A DNA stretch of 64,000 nt from Candidatus Nanohaloarchaea archaeon (GTDB lineage Archaea > Nanohalarchaeota > Nanosalinia > Nanosalinales > Nanosalinaceae), in the NCBI GenBank assembly GCA_014297435.1, contig JACOQA010000003.1, positions 1 through 64,000 on the forward strand, given 5' to 3'. Each line of letters opens with the position of its first letter. Positions within the stretch are counted from its first letter, which is position 1. The notes under the pieces are model-generated. The model saw nothing but the letters and a program-made list of their open reading frames with translations. It was not told the DNA's origin and ran no database searches. Shown in pieces: positions 9,884-19,673 of this stretch. The translations under genes and the position numbers were made by a program.

Positions 9884-10660
9884 ATGGAGATGAAGCCCAC
9901 CCGTGACGTCCTGGAATCTATGATAGATAAAGGAAAGCACGAGCTGAATAGAGGTGGCGACGGACTCTTCCTATCAGGGCTTTCTGCCGGACTCGATATA
10001 GGTTTCGGTCCATTACTGATGGCTGTTATACTGACCCTTTCAACCGGTAGCTACAGCGACCTAGGAACAGAGCTGTTGCTCGCAAGCGCCTACTCGGTAG
10101 GTTTCATCTTCGTAATCCTCGGCCGATCTGAACTCTTCACAGAACATACTACATTAGCGGTGATGCCGGTTCTCGATGGTCAAGCGTCTATGAAGAAGCT
10201 CGGACGTCTCTAGAGCATCGTCTATGCAGGAAACATTCTGGGAGGTATATTCTTCGCAGGACTCGCAGTACTTCTCATGCCAGGACTTGAAGTTATAACA
10301 CCCGCCGCATTTGAGACTATCACATCCAAAATGGTGAGCCATGAACCCCTATGGCTACTTTTCGCTTCAGTTTTTGCAGGCTGGCTAATGGGACTTTTGG
10401 CATGGCTGATAAGCGCGGCGCAGGAAACTTTAAGCCGGATAGTCATTATCCTCTTGGTTACTGCCACTATAGGTATACTACACCTCCCACACTCCATAGC
10501 TGGTAACGTCGAAGTACTTTTCGGACTGTTCGCCTCATCCAGTATCTCAGTAGTTGACTACCTTTCCTTCCTTGCTCTGGCGACTGTAGGCAATGCATTC
10601 GGAGGAGCCATATTCGTAGGATTAATGAAGTACAGCCATGTAGTCCGTGGCGCCAGGTAG
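9884..10660 (+). pseudogene. formate/nitrite transporter (FNT) family gene interrupted by an in-frame TAG at 10211-10213
   Basis: SELFTEHT and HSIAG FNT motifs lie in two same-frame ORFs; ...LGRL*SIVYAGNILGG, where Trp (TGG) is expected at the stop. Confidence 0.85.
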
Positions 10661-10740
10661 GCTTAAATCACTCCAAAAGATTCAAAGCTGAAGCCACCCA
10701 AAGAGACTTTATAAACGCTTTTTAGGCAGTATAAACTAGA

Positions 10741-11220
10741 ATGGATGTCTCCCTGCGCCGAGGAAAATGCAGTATCGATGAAGAAGAGATATCTATAGAT
10801 TCAAGTATCGACCGTTACATGAGGAATATACTTAGGTCGTGGCACGGACCTGTATGGAGTCTCATCCTCGCGGTCTACGTCCTGCCCGAACTTTTCTTAG
10901 GCTTCAACTCTGGAGTCGAGGAGGCTCTCTTTGCGCTCCTCGAGGTTTCAGTCTCGTTCCTCATCTTCATTTTGGGAATGTACATATTACGGTTCAGGCA
11001 GTTCTCCAGATCGAAGAAGTACCTAATCAAGAAGGAAGATGTAAACAGGATCAGCTCCAAGGTCGCTTTGAACTCAGAGACATGGTTTGTCAGAGAGATG
11101 TTCGAGATCCACTACACCGAAGATGGAAAAGACAAAAGCGTGACCATCATGCCTCTGAAAGGCGAAAAAGAAAAGCTCTCAGAAGCTTTAAACCGGATGG
11201 AATATCCTCTGGAAGACTAA
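10741..11220 (+). CDS. hypothetical membrane protein (2 TM)
   Basis: TATA-like TTTATAAA upstream; two hydrophobic helices. Confidence 0.75.
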   Translation: MDVSLRRGKCSIDEEEISIDSSIDRYMRNILRSWHGPVWSLILAVYVLPELFLGFNSGVEEALFALLEVSVSFLIFILGMYILRFRQFSRSKKYLIKKEDVNRISSKVALNSETWFVREMFEIHYTEDGKDKSVTIMPLKGEKEKLSEALNRMEYPLED

Positions 11221-11248
11221 GTATCTAAAATAAAAAAATAAAGGGAAT

Positions 11249-12142
11249 TTAGCGGTTGATCTTCGCGACGAAGATTACTTCGGCGTGGTTATTGTCCTCA
11301 TCGGGTGTAACCGTAACTGTTCCATCAGAAAGCTCGTTCTCTCCGTAGGAACTGACCTGTCTGTTGAACGGGTCACCGCCGTCAGGTCTATCATCCCAGT
11401 ACTCGGTTACGCCTACAAATTCGACCTGTTCCGAGTCTTCACCTGAAACAGTCAAATTGCTGTATGTGTAGGTTCCGAACGGAAGATTATGGTACTCAGC
11501 GCATTCTGCATCGAGCATTCCATCACCTTCACGATACTCATCAGAAGTACCGATAAGATCGGCAACCTGATTCAAAGGCGTATCGAACCTGACCGGGTTA
11601 GAATCATCGTACTCCGAAACACCTTCGGAAATGTTAGTGTCGACAGAGAGCTCTACGTTGACTGATTCTCCTGTGATTACTTGATCTCTTTGGTTCAAAA
11701 GCACTGTACATACTTTGATGTCGCCGTGGTCGTTGATCGTGTCGTAGTTCAGGACATGGTCTCTCGGGTTCGGGTAAGAGATCCAGTTCTCTCCGACCGC
11801 TTCAGGTTCCGGTGCAGGTGTGACGTGTCTCTCTTCTATCTCTTCTTCAGACTGGTCTGTGTCTTCGGTTTCGTTGTCTCCATCATACTCTTCCGAGTTA
11901 CATGGACTGTCAACCCCTATGACACAGACTCCTGCTTCAGACTCGTTTTCGGGTTCCTCTTCTTCGGAGTCGTCGAAGAAGTCATCGTTCCAGAATTCTC
12001 CATCGTCCCAGAAATCGTCGTCTTCGGAATCAACCTGGTTCGATGAATCAAAATCACTGAAGTTGGAATCGAAGTTAATGAATGCAGAACTTGATGCAAT
12101 TAGACCTATTGTTGTAAGAGCCAATAATAGTTGTTTCTTCAA
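11249..12142 (-). CDS. secreted acidic hypothetical protein
   Basis: GGAGGTGA SD, signal peptide, D/F-rich low-complexity N-terminal part, CVIGVDSPC, beta-rich C-terminal domain. Confidence 0.8.
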   Translation of the reverse strand: MKKQLLLALTTIGLIASSSAFINFDSNFSDFDSSNQVDSEDDDFWDDGEFWNDDFFDDSEEEEPENESEAGVCVIGVDSPCNSEEYDGDNETEDTDQSEEEIEERHVTPAPEPEAVGENWISYPNPRDHVLNYDTINDHGDIKVCTVLLNQRDQVITGESVNVELSVDTNISEGVSEYDDSNPVRFDTPLNQVADLIGTSDEYREGDGMLDAECAEYHNLPFGTYTYSNLTVSGEDSEQVEFVGVTEYWDDRPDGGDPFNRQVSSYGENELSDGTVTVTPDEDNNHAEVIFVAKINR

Positions 12143-12331
12143 AGTTTTTCACCTCCATTTGAACTTTTATAGGATTTTGGGGAAAGTACAATAAGTTCTG
12201 AAGCTTCCAGTGTTTAAACCGATTCTTTCAGAACCTAGATTCTCTCAAAAAACAAGGTTGAGAATTAAAACAAGCTTTGTATCCAGTAGAAGAAAATTTA
12301 AAGAAGGAAAGCCGGCATAAAACCAGCTCGA

Positions 12332-12772
12332 TTACTTTTCATCCTTATCTTCGTAATCGTCTTCCTTGCCCTCATTCTCATCCTCGTAGTCCTTCTCGTA
12401 GCTCTCTTCGTGTTTCTCATCTTCGTAGTCGTGTCCATCTTTACTGTAATCGGATTTCCTGTCAGAATCACTTTCATGTTTCTCAGATTTGTCGTAATCG
12501 CTGTCACTTGATTCCTTGTGGTACTCCTTGGAATCAGATTCCGAGTCTTTGTCGTAGCTGGAATAGCTGTAACTTGAGGACTTCTCATACTCTCCTTTAT
12601 CACTGGAGCTGTACCAGTTATCATCGAAGAAGTCATCTTCGAAGAAATCTCCCTCAAAGTCGCCATCAAAGAAGTCTCCCTCGAAATCGAAGTCTTTGGT
12701 CGATGCTGCGACAGTTCCTACCATGCCTACTGCGATAAGACCTATCAGTATCTTTCTTTTCAAATTGTTCAC
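12332..12772 (-). CDS. secreted low-complexity D/E/S/Y/K-rich protein
   Basis: GAGGAG SD, signal peptide, repeated DFEGDFF. Confidence 0.75.
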   Translation of the reverse strand: MNNLKRKILIGLIAVGMVGTVAASTKDFDFEGDFFDGDFEGDFFEDDFFDDNWYSSSDKGEYEKSSSYSYSSYDKDSESDSKEYHKESSDSDYDKSEKHESDSDRKSDYSKDGHDYEDEKHEESYEKDYEDENEGKEDDYEDKDEK

Positions 12773-12962
12773 CTCCTCTATTTCCGGTTTTCCCGGCTCT
12801 ACTTCAGGTTTTGGTCAAAGTGGAGAACATGACGAGAAGGTGCTGCCTTACTTAAACGGTTTGTTTTAGGTCTTTAGAACCCTTAAACTCTGAAGAAAGG
12901 AAGAACAGAGAATCATTCTATTGAAAACAACCTATTTGAATGAAACTGGAAAACGCTTAGTC

Positions 12963-13640
12963 ATGAAACGTAAAATCGTAGCAGGCTTTATCGCAATATT
13001 ATGTTTGATAGCGCTTCCAGCTTTCCTTGAGCACTACTTGGCTTTGATGACAGGCAGAGTCAAAAACCTGGTAATAATACAGAGGCGCTGGGATCTAGTT
13101 GCTTTGAGCATAATAGGCTTTTTACTGTTCCTAATACCTTTAAGGTACAGACATAAAACCGACTGGAGCTCTTTCGGGATTTACACCGCATTTATAGTAT
13201 CTCTGTTTGTCGAAATGTATGGGATTCCCTTAACGCTCTACCTTACCTCTGGTCTGGGATCTACAACTCAGACGCCGGCATACATCTTCGAGTTCACAGC
13301 GCTTGGAATCTACTTCGGCCTAAACCTCTGGATGCTTATAGGACTTGGTATAACAGCCTTAGGAGCATTTATAGTTTCGATAGGATGGTACCAGCTCTAC
13401 ACAAGCGAAGAGAAACTCGTAACTTCAGGAGTTTACGCTTATTCTAGACATCCACAGTACATAGGTATTTCACTTATCGTTATAGGCTGGTTTATAGGCT
13501 GGCCTACACTTCTGACAACCCTGATGCTTCCGATACTACTGTTCGTTTATTATAGAGCAGCTTTGAAGGAAGAGGAAGAAGTCAAAAAGGAGGTAGAGGG
13601 CTATGAAGAGTACATGAATGAAGTTCCAAGATTCATCTAA
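12963..13640 (+). CDS. isoprenylcysteine carboxyl/phospholipid methyltransferase (ICMT/PEMT) family membrane protein
   Basis: LVTSGVYAYSRHPQY, EE...YEEYMNEVPRFI. Confidence 0.88.
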   Translation: MKRKIVAGFIAILCLIALPAFLEHYLALMTGRVKNLVIIQRRWDLVALSIIGFLLFLIPLRYRHKTDWSSFGIYTAFIVSLFVEMYGIPLTLYLTSGLGSTTQTPAYIFEFTALGIYFGLNLWMLIGLGITALGAFIVSIGWYQLYTSEEKLVTSGVYAYSRHPQYIGISLIVIGWFIGWPTLLTTLMLPILLFVYYRAALKEEEEVKKEVEGYEEYMNEVPRFI

Positions 13641-13661
13641 GAATGAAAGAAAAAGGATTTT

Positions 13662-14387
13662 TTAGGATCCGGAAGTCCTTTCTCTTGCTTTGGAGCTCCA
13701 TCTCTCAATGTTCTCCGAGATGTAGTCCTTCGAACCCCAACCGAACCCTATGCCTAAAGCAAGCGCAATTCCGAGCGCCACGCCCCATGAAACTGCTCTG
13801 CCGAAGATGTAGAGAATTGTCACATCTACCGCCATAGTGTCGAGCCCTATCACTATCGCTGTGAAGTAGAGGAAGACTCTCACACCATCGGCGATAAACT
13901 CTGTATAACCAGTTCTTGTAGCGGTATCAGTTCTTTCGATTGCATCCCCTATCCAGTCAGCTAGGACAAAACCTAGGACGATAACCAGTACTCCTCCTAT
14001 AAATGCTGGGAGGTAAGTGAGCGCTACCGAGATCCACTGGGAAAGTAGTGGGATCGCCAACAAGTTTGCGGCGGCGAGGAAAGCCAAGCCGTAAATGAAC
14101 CATTTTACGAGTTTGCCGAAGAATCCGGCAACAGATGCTTCTGTACCGCCCATCTTATCACCTAATGGTGTCCCTAGAAGCTGTCTGTCCAGCTGGAATC
14201 GATCAACCATCTGTCTTACTATTCCTCCAACAAATCTTCCTACAACCCATCCGATTACAAGGATGATAAGTGCTCCAATAAGCTCGGGCAGGAAGCCTAA
14301 AGTCGTTGATACCGGTTCCTGTAACCAGGTCGGCAAGTCAGTTTCAAGACCGGCTCCCTGCTGCGCGACAAGATTTCTTAGAGCCAT
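13662..14387 (-). CDS. conserved TM-helix-repeat (CmpX/MscS-associated) membrane protein
   Basis: two repeats FLPELIGALIILVIG / YLPAFIGGVLVIVLG; ALALGIGFGWGSKD. Confidence 0.85.
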   Translation of the reverse strand: MALRNLVAQQGAGLETDLPTWLQEPVSTTLGFLPELIGALIILVIGWVVGRFVGGIVRQMVDRFQLDRQLLGTPLGDKMGGTEASVAGFFGKLVKWFIYGLAFLAAANLLAIPLLSQWISVALTYLPAFIGGVLVIVLGFVLADWIGDAIERTDTATRTGYTEFIADGVRVFLYFTAIVIGLDTMAVDVTILYIFGRAVSWGVALGIALALGIGFGWGSKDYISENIERWSSKARERTSGS

Positions 14388-14517
14388 GGATCGATCTTCA
14401 CCTCAAGCAAACCCTAGCTGATTACTTGTTAAAACCAAAACCATTCTAGAACACCAGTTTTCTACCACAGATCTGTTTTTAGCAACCATATGAGTAACGC
14501 TTAGAGGAGGTGGAAAA

Positions 14518-14778
14518 ATGGAACCAATAAAAATCGTGACCGAAGATCATTATCACCACATAATATTTAATGACCCTGATAAATTCGATACGATTAGAAC
14601 ACCCAAATGGGCAGATAACGCCTCCGACTCAGTTATAGAAGGAAGCGAAGTAAGAACCGGAAAGATGAAAGGAAGTGACGAATGGCAGACCGAGTCAGTA
14701 CTTGTTCCGAAAGATAAAGTGGACCAAGATAAGGCGGTCAATTTAGCAAAACAGATAGTTGAGAAGATTGAAAGTTGA
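14518..14778 (+). CDS. conserved hypothetical protein (haloarchaeal type)
   Basis: GAGGAGGTGG SD; HIIFNDPDKFDTIRTPKWA. Confidence 0.8.
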   Translation: MEPIKIVTEDHYHHIIFNDPDKFDTIRTPKWADNASDSVIEGSEVRTGKMKGSDEWQTESVLVPKDKVDQDKAVNLAKQIVEKIES

Positions 14779-14867
14779 CGCCGGCGCTCGGATTTGAACC
14801 GAGGAGGCCGCGTATGGGCCAGCAGATCTCGAATCTGCCGCGTTCAACCAGACTCTGCCACGCCGGC
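14779..14867 (-). tRNA. tRNA-Ser(CGA)
   Basis: GCCGGCG acceptor, GCAGA-TTCGAGA-TCTGC anticodon arm, long variable arm. Confidence 0.95.
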
Positions 14868-14930
14868 AAACCTCTATAAAATGAAACTCAGGGAAAGCTT
14901 ATAATCATTCATCTCGGCCTTTCTTGTTGA

Positions 14931-15581
14931 ATGGGTTACGACGCAGTTATTTTCGACAAGGACGGAGTCCTTCTTGACTCAGGCGACTTCAAATGGGCTG
15001 ACAAGATCCGTGTTAAAACAGCAGAAGAACACGGCAAAGATATCTCTCTCGAACAGGCCCGAAAGCTTGTGAAGATAGACTCAATGAAACAGCTCGACCG
15101 TTTTACCAAGAAGACCGGTTTGAATACTGATGAGATAATCGAGATGGAGAGCAGGATCGCCGAGAGAAAGATAGAGATGATGAAGACAGGCGAGATCGGA
15201 CTCTGCAGACATGCAAAAAACGTTCTTGAATCTTTGAATCAAAAGAAAGCTGTGGCGTCAAACGCACCGAGAAAAGCAACAAAATTTACACTCGAACATT
15301 TTAGTATCGGAAACTATTTCAGCCATATTGAATCGCCTAGACTTTCCAGTCTTGACAACTACGTCTCTAAGAAGAAGCCTAGTCCGGTAATGATTAGAAA
15401 AACGATCAAAGAACTAGAAGCCGACAACCCGGTAATGGTAGGAGACTCCGAGGACGATATTGAAGCAGCGGAGAACGCAGGAATAGATTCTATACACGTC
15501 GACTACAACGGTTACTCAGATACAAATCCAACGTACGAGGCTGAGGAACTCGATGAAGTTGTAGATATAATCAAGTCCTGA
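14931..15581 (+). CDS. HAD-superfamily hydrolase
   Basis: FDKDGVLLDS, KPSP, MVGDSEDDIEAA. Confidence 0.92.
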   Translation: MGYDAVIFDKDGVLLDSGDFKWADKIRVKTAEEHGKDISLEQARKLVKIDSMKQLDRFTKKTGLNTDEIIEMESRIAERKIEMMKTGEIGLCRHAKNVLESLNQKKAVASNAPRKATKFTLEHFSIGNYFSHIESPRLSSLDNYVSKKKPSPVMIRKTIKELEADNPVMVGDSEDDIEAAENAGIDSIHVDYNGYSDTNPTYEAEELDEVVDIIKS

Positions 15582-15609
15582 CTTAAAACTTCAGCAGAAT
15601 CACTTCATT

Positions 15610-16554
15610 ATGACCGAAGAGCAAACCTGTGCAAAGTGTGACAGAGACACTGTAATCTTCCGTGAGTATGAGGGAAGAGGGCTTTGCGAGGAGCATTTTT
15701 CTATTGATGTCAACAAGAAGATCAAGAGAACTATCAGAAAGAATGATATGGTCAAGTCCGGCGACACTATTGCCGTTGGACTTTCTGGCGGGAAAGACTC
15801 TGCAGTCATGCTTCAACAACTCGTAGAAATTTTTGGCGACCGTCCTGACATCGAGATCGTTGCTGTAGCAGTACATGAAGGTATTGATCCTTACAGGAAC
15901 GAGTCAATTTCAGCTGCGGAGGAGATGTGCGAGAAAATGGACGTGGAGCTTGAGATCGGACGTTACGAGGATTACTACGACTTGAGGATGGAGAATGTTG
16001 TCGACAGACTCGAGAAGTCGAATTGTACTTACTGCGGTATTATGCGCCGTGATCTTTTGAACAAGCTTTCCCGAGAGGTTGGTGCGGATAAGATCGCGAT
16101 TGGACACAACCTGGATGACGAGGCCCAGGCGATCATGATGAATCATGTGAAGGGCGATATGAAGCGACTTGCCCGTATTTCAGGTTCCGATCCTGTCGAC
16201 CATGACAAGTTTGTTGAACGTATCAAACCGTTGAAGGATTTAATGGAAAGAGAGATCGCTCTGTATTCTAAGTTACATGATCTTGGTGTTATCGATCGTT
16301 GTCCTCACGTAGAAGAAGGTTCTCTAAGACCTATCATGAAGAGTTTCTTGAACCGTTTAGAGTCGGAGATGCCGGGGATCAAGCACTCTATCGTTTCTCA
16401 AGGAAGGGAACTTTCCGATATTGTCAACGAAAATAAGGACTTTGACTCCGAGGAGAATCAGTTGAGAGAGTGTGAACGTTGTGGTGAGCCCTGTTCTTCG
16501 AAAGTCTGTCGTAAGTGTCAGTTGTTGGAGGAAGTCGAGAAAGCAAAGGAGTAG
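15610..16554 (+). CDS. ttuA: tRNA 2-thiolation protein (TtuA/Ncs6, TIGR00269-like)
   Basis: N- and C-terminal Zn fingers, SGGKDS PP-loop, CTYCG, GHNLDDE. Confidence 0.9.
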   Translation: MTEEQTCAKCDRDTVIFREYEGRGLCEEHFSIDVNKKIKRTIRKNDMVKSGDTIAVGLSGGKDSAVMLQQLVEIFGDRPDIEIVAVAVHEGIDPYRNESISAAEEMCEKMDVELEIGRYEDYYDLRMENVVDRLEKSNCTYCGIMRRDLLNKLSREVGADKIAIGHNLDDEAQAIMMNHVKGDMKRLARISGSDPVDHDKFVERIKPLKDLMEREIALYSKLHDLGVIDRCPHVEEGSLRPIMKSFLNRLESEMPGIKHSIVSQGRELSDIVNENKDFDSEENQLRECERCGEPCSSKVCRKCQLLEEVEKAKE

Positions 16555-16611
16555 TAGGACAGTTTTGTTTCTCCGAACCGAATAAAAACCTCCGAAGTAA
16601 TACATCGTAAT

Positions 16612-17580
16612 ATGAAAGCAGTTGTTTTGGCGGGAGGACACGCCACCCGACTCTGGCCTATCACCAAACACAGGGCCAAACCCCTTCTACCACTAGGAGA
16701 AAAACCAATAATCGACTACATAATCGAAGACCTTGAGGACATAGACGAAGTAATAATCTCCACAAACAGGAAGTTTGCCGGAGACTTCGAGGACTACGCC
16801 GAAGAATACAATCGAGAAAACGTAACGGTCGCAATCGAAGAACAGGGAAGCGAAGAAGAAAAACCTGGAACAATCGGCGCCATCATAAAGATGCTTGACC
16901 GGGAAGACCTGGATCTCGACGACGACCTGGTTGTTATCGGCGGAGACAACTTCTACAGCTTCGACACTTCCGAGTTCCTAGAATTCTGTAAAGAGAAGGA
17001 CGCTCCTGCTAACGTAACATACGATGTGAAGGATGAGAAGCTGGCGACAAGCTTCGGAATCGTGGATACTGAAGGAGACCGTATCGCCGGATTTGTTGAA
17101 AAACCGGAAGAACCACCTTCAACTTTAGCTTCTATCGCAGTCTACTACTTCCCTAAAGACAAAGTTTCTCTCTTCCACGACTACGAGACACATTTCAAAC
17201 AGACTGATGTTCCTGCTGAACAGTATCTGGATGAGCCAGGACGTTTAATCGAGTGGGCGCATCAGAAAACCCCTATGTTTGCTTTCTCGTTTGATGGAGA
17301 CTGGTTCGATGTGGGTACACCGAGAGGCTACCTTGAAGCCACCGAAAAAGTGGTTGACGGCAACATAGTTAGGGGAGAAACAGAGAACGCCGAATTAGGC
17401 GAAAACGTAGTTGTTATGGACGGCGCCGAAGTGAAAGAGTCTAGGCTTGAAAACTCGATTATCTTCCCTCAAGCAAGTATCGTTGATTCAGAGGTCAGAG
17501 ATTCGCTTGTCGACCAGGAAGCAGAAGTAGAGAATAAAGACCTTGAAGGCGCGATCATCGGGGAGCACTCCTCCCTATAA
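16612..17580 (+). CDS. sugar-phosphate nucleotidyltransferase (NDP-sugar synthase)
   Basis: LAGGHATRLWP...KPLLP, EKP, WFDVGT, C-terminal hexapeptide-like repeats. Confidence 0.93.
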   Translation: MKAVVLAGGHATRLWPITKHRAKPLLPLGEKPIIDYIIEDLEDIDEVIISTNRKFAGDFEDYAEEYNRENVTVAIEEQGSEEEKPGTIGAIIKMLDREDLDLDDDLVVIGGDNFYSFDTSEFLEFCKEKDAPANVTYDVKDEKLATSFGIVDTEGDRIAGFVEKPEEPPSTLASIAVYYFPKDKVSLFHDYETHFKQTDVPAEQYLDEPGRLIEWAHQKTPMFAFSFDGDWFDVGTPRGYLEATEKVVDGNIVRGETENAELGENVVVMDGAEVKESRLENSIIFPQASIVDSEVRDSLVDQEAEVENKDLEGAIIGEHSSL

Positions 17581-17587
17581 ATTTCTC

Positions 17588-18403
17588 TTAAACTTCAGCC
17601 GGCTGCAAACCTAGTGTTTCAGAGTCTTCCATAGATACCGAACCATCTAACAGTTCCTCTTTATATTCTTGCTCTTCCGGACTGTATCCTTCGGCCTCAA
17701 TACCGTAGCTCTCAGCTATATCCTCAACAAAGTTATCCGCCATCTCTTCACCGTAGATCTCAGCGTTATCTCCGAACGCTATTACACCATACTCATGGTC
17801 TCCGATCGACCCTGCCTCAAAGTAAAGGTTGTCGGTCGAGAACCGTGCGTAGACCTCCCTGTAATCATCGACAAGATCCATCTTGGTATCCTGAATATCT
17901 TCTGCAAGCTCCGACTCTAGATCAATTCCTTCCTGCTCAAGGTAATCTTCAACCATTTGAGTTTCGTATGGGTAAGCATAGTTGCTTCCGCCATTAGGAT
18001 CTAAAGCGTTAGAAACAGCCTGTATAGTACCCTCCTCTACTTCCAGCGGTCCATCAGTTAATCTATCAATACGATTTGATACCTCAGGATCAACTCCTAT
18101 AGATTCAAGCTCTTCGTCTAGCATTCCTTTGTGGTCAAGACCGTGAAGACCTTCATGTATTGAAGCATTCAGTATCTCGGACTCCGAAAGAGTCTTCTCA
18201 ATATCGTAGTCTAATTGTAGTTCTGTTTTAGCCCCTTTCAAGCCGTACTTTGTTCTTGTGGCAGCAGGAACGTTCTCCGGCAATCTTGTCCGTTTCACGG
18301 AGTCAAATGCATCTGTAAAGTTGAGACCTGTCACATCCTCTGCTTGCTCCAGATGGTCCCACTCACCGTTTTGCTGAAGGTTTAGTGGCGGCATCGCGCT
18401 CAT
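17588..18403 (-). CDS. acidic HExxH putative metallopeptidase
   Basis: IHEGLHG followed by EEG; ATGA overlap with the htpX stop. Confidence 0.7.
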   Translation of the reverse strand: MSAMPPLNLQQNGEWDHLEQAEDVTGLNFTDAFDSVKRTRLPENVPAATRTKYGLKGAKTELQLDYDIEKTLSESEILNASIHEGLHGLDHKGMLDEELESIGVDPEVSNRIDRLTDGPLEVEEGTIQAVSNALDPNGGSNYAYPYETQMVEDYLEQEGIDLESELAEDIQDTKMDLVDDYREVYARFSTDNLYFEAGSIGDHEYGVIAFGDNAEIYGEEMADNFVEDIAESYGIEAEGYSPEEQEYKEELLDGSVSMEDSETLGLQPAEV

Positions 18404-19263
18404 AGATTCGTGGCCTCAATATTTGAGATCCTGTCATCAAGCTTTGGATGGGTTGAGAACCATTTTGTCAGTTTGTCTGAAGCAAACGGATTATCGATAA
18501 ACAGGTTTGCGCCCGCTTCCTGCGATTTTGAGACGTGCTTGGTTGGTTTCTTCTTCGCCTCTTCATGGATCTTCGTGAGTGCTGAGCTTAATCCTTCTTT
18601 CTGGCCGTGTATTTGAACGGCGTTAGAATCTGCTCTATACTCCATCTTTCTGGAGATCGCCATCCTGATGATTGTCGCGATTATAGGCGTGATGATCATA
18701 AATGCGAGTGCAGAGACCATCTCTGCCCCGTCTTCTTCTCCTCCGAACATGGCGCCCCAGAAAGCCATCTCTGCAAGTATAGATATCGCTCCTGCAATAG
18801 TGGCTACTGAAGCATTAATCAGGGTATCCCTGTTCTTTATGTGAGCGAGTTCGTGAGCTATTACAGCGTCAACCTCGTCATCATCCAGATTATTAACTAG
18901 TCCATCGGTTACACAGACAACTCCTTTTTCCGGGTTTCTTCCTGTGGCGAAAGCATTAGGAACATCCATGGAAGATTTGTACAGCCTTGGTTTCGGTATT
19001 CCTGCGTTTTCGGCCAGTTTTTCGAGTCTATTGTGGAGCCCCGGGTTTTGCTCTTCGGTAATTTGTTCGGCGCCGTACATTTTCAGGACGAGTTTGTCAG
19101 AGAACCAGTAGGACGCGAAGTTCATCAAACCGGCAAATACAAGTCCGATTATCATCCCTCCGGTTCCTGCTAAAGCGTATCCTACACCTATGAATATACC
19201 TGTTAGTATTGTTAGAAGTCCGAAGATCTTCAAGTTGGCCTTGAGTCCGGAAGCGGTAACCAT
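18400..19263 (-). CDS. htpX: M48 membrane zinc protease HtpX
   Basis: PNAFATG, AHELAHI, SRKMEYRAD, FSTHP. Confidence 0.95.
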   Translation of the reverse strand: MVTASGLKANLKIFGLLTILTGIFIGVGYALAGTGGMIIGLVFAGLMNFASYWFSDKLVLKMYGAEQITEEQNPGLHNRLEKLAENAGIPKPRLYKSSMDVPNAFATGRNPEKGVVCVTDGLVNNLDDDEVDAVIAHELAHIKNRDTLINASVATIAGAISILAEMAFWGAMFGGEEDGAEMVSALAFMIITPIIATIIRMAISRKMEYRADSNAVQIHGQKEGLSSALTKIHEEAKKKPTKHVSKSQEAGANLFIDNPFASDKLTKWFSTHPKLDDRISNIEATNL

Positions 19264-19326
19264 ACTTAGCTAGTTGTTTCGAAGATATTAACTAGTTATC
19301 GTTATTTGGAATAATAAAGAAAGAAT

Positions 19327-19630
19327 TATTCTACGGAGAGAGCTTCCCCGAGAGATGGGTCTCCATCCTCATTACTCAAATACCTTCTTACGTCGACAGC
19401 GATTTCATTTACCTTTTCTAAAAGATCTTCATCGCCGCCACCTTGTACCAATTGTCTTCTTAGCTCTGAAACTGCCTCATAATCATTTTCATCCAAATCA
19501 TGCTGTTCCTGGTACTCTTCAACCGTATTTAAATCGTATATTTGTTCAAAACCGCCTTTTTGGTTGTAGAGCCACCCGACTATGTTTTCTTCTGCTTTAA
19601 TTTTGATCCCCTCGGTGACAACTACAATAA
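19327..19630 (-). CDS. possible acidic hypothetical protein with no clear start codon
   Basis: about 100 open codons (VTEGIKIKAEENIVGWLYNQKGGFEQ...GEALSVE*) with halophile-like composition; no upstream ATG found. Confidence 0.4.
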
Positions 19631-19673
19631 AACACGAATCTTTATATTTCTTACTCCTGAAAGGTCGTAATCG

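Noticed and set aside
10211-10213. Pyrrolysine or genome-wide amber recoding
   Set aside because: TAG is an ordinary stop in many genes here (copB, cysS, ppsA, minD), no pyl genes are present, and the site corresponds to Trp
1-14778. Intact provirus or integrative element at tRNA-Thr/Pro/Ser
   Set aside because: No integrase, transposase, capsid or replication gene, and no duplicated tRNA 3' end found by eye
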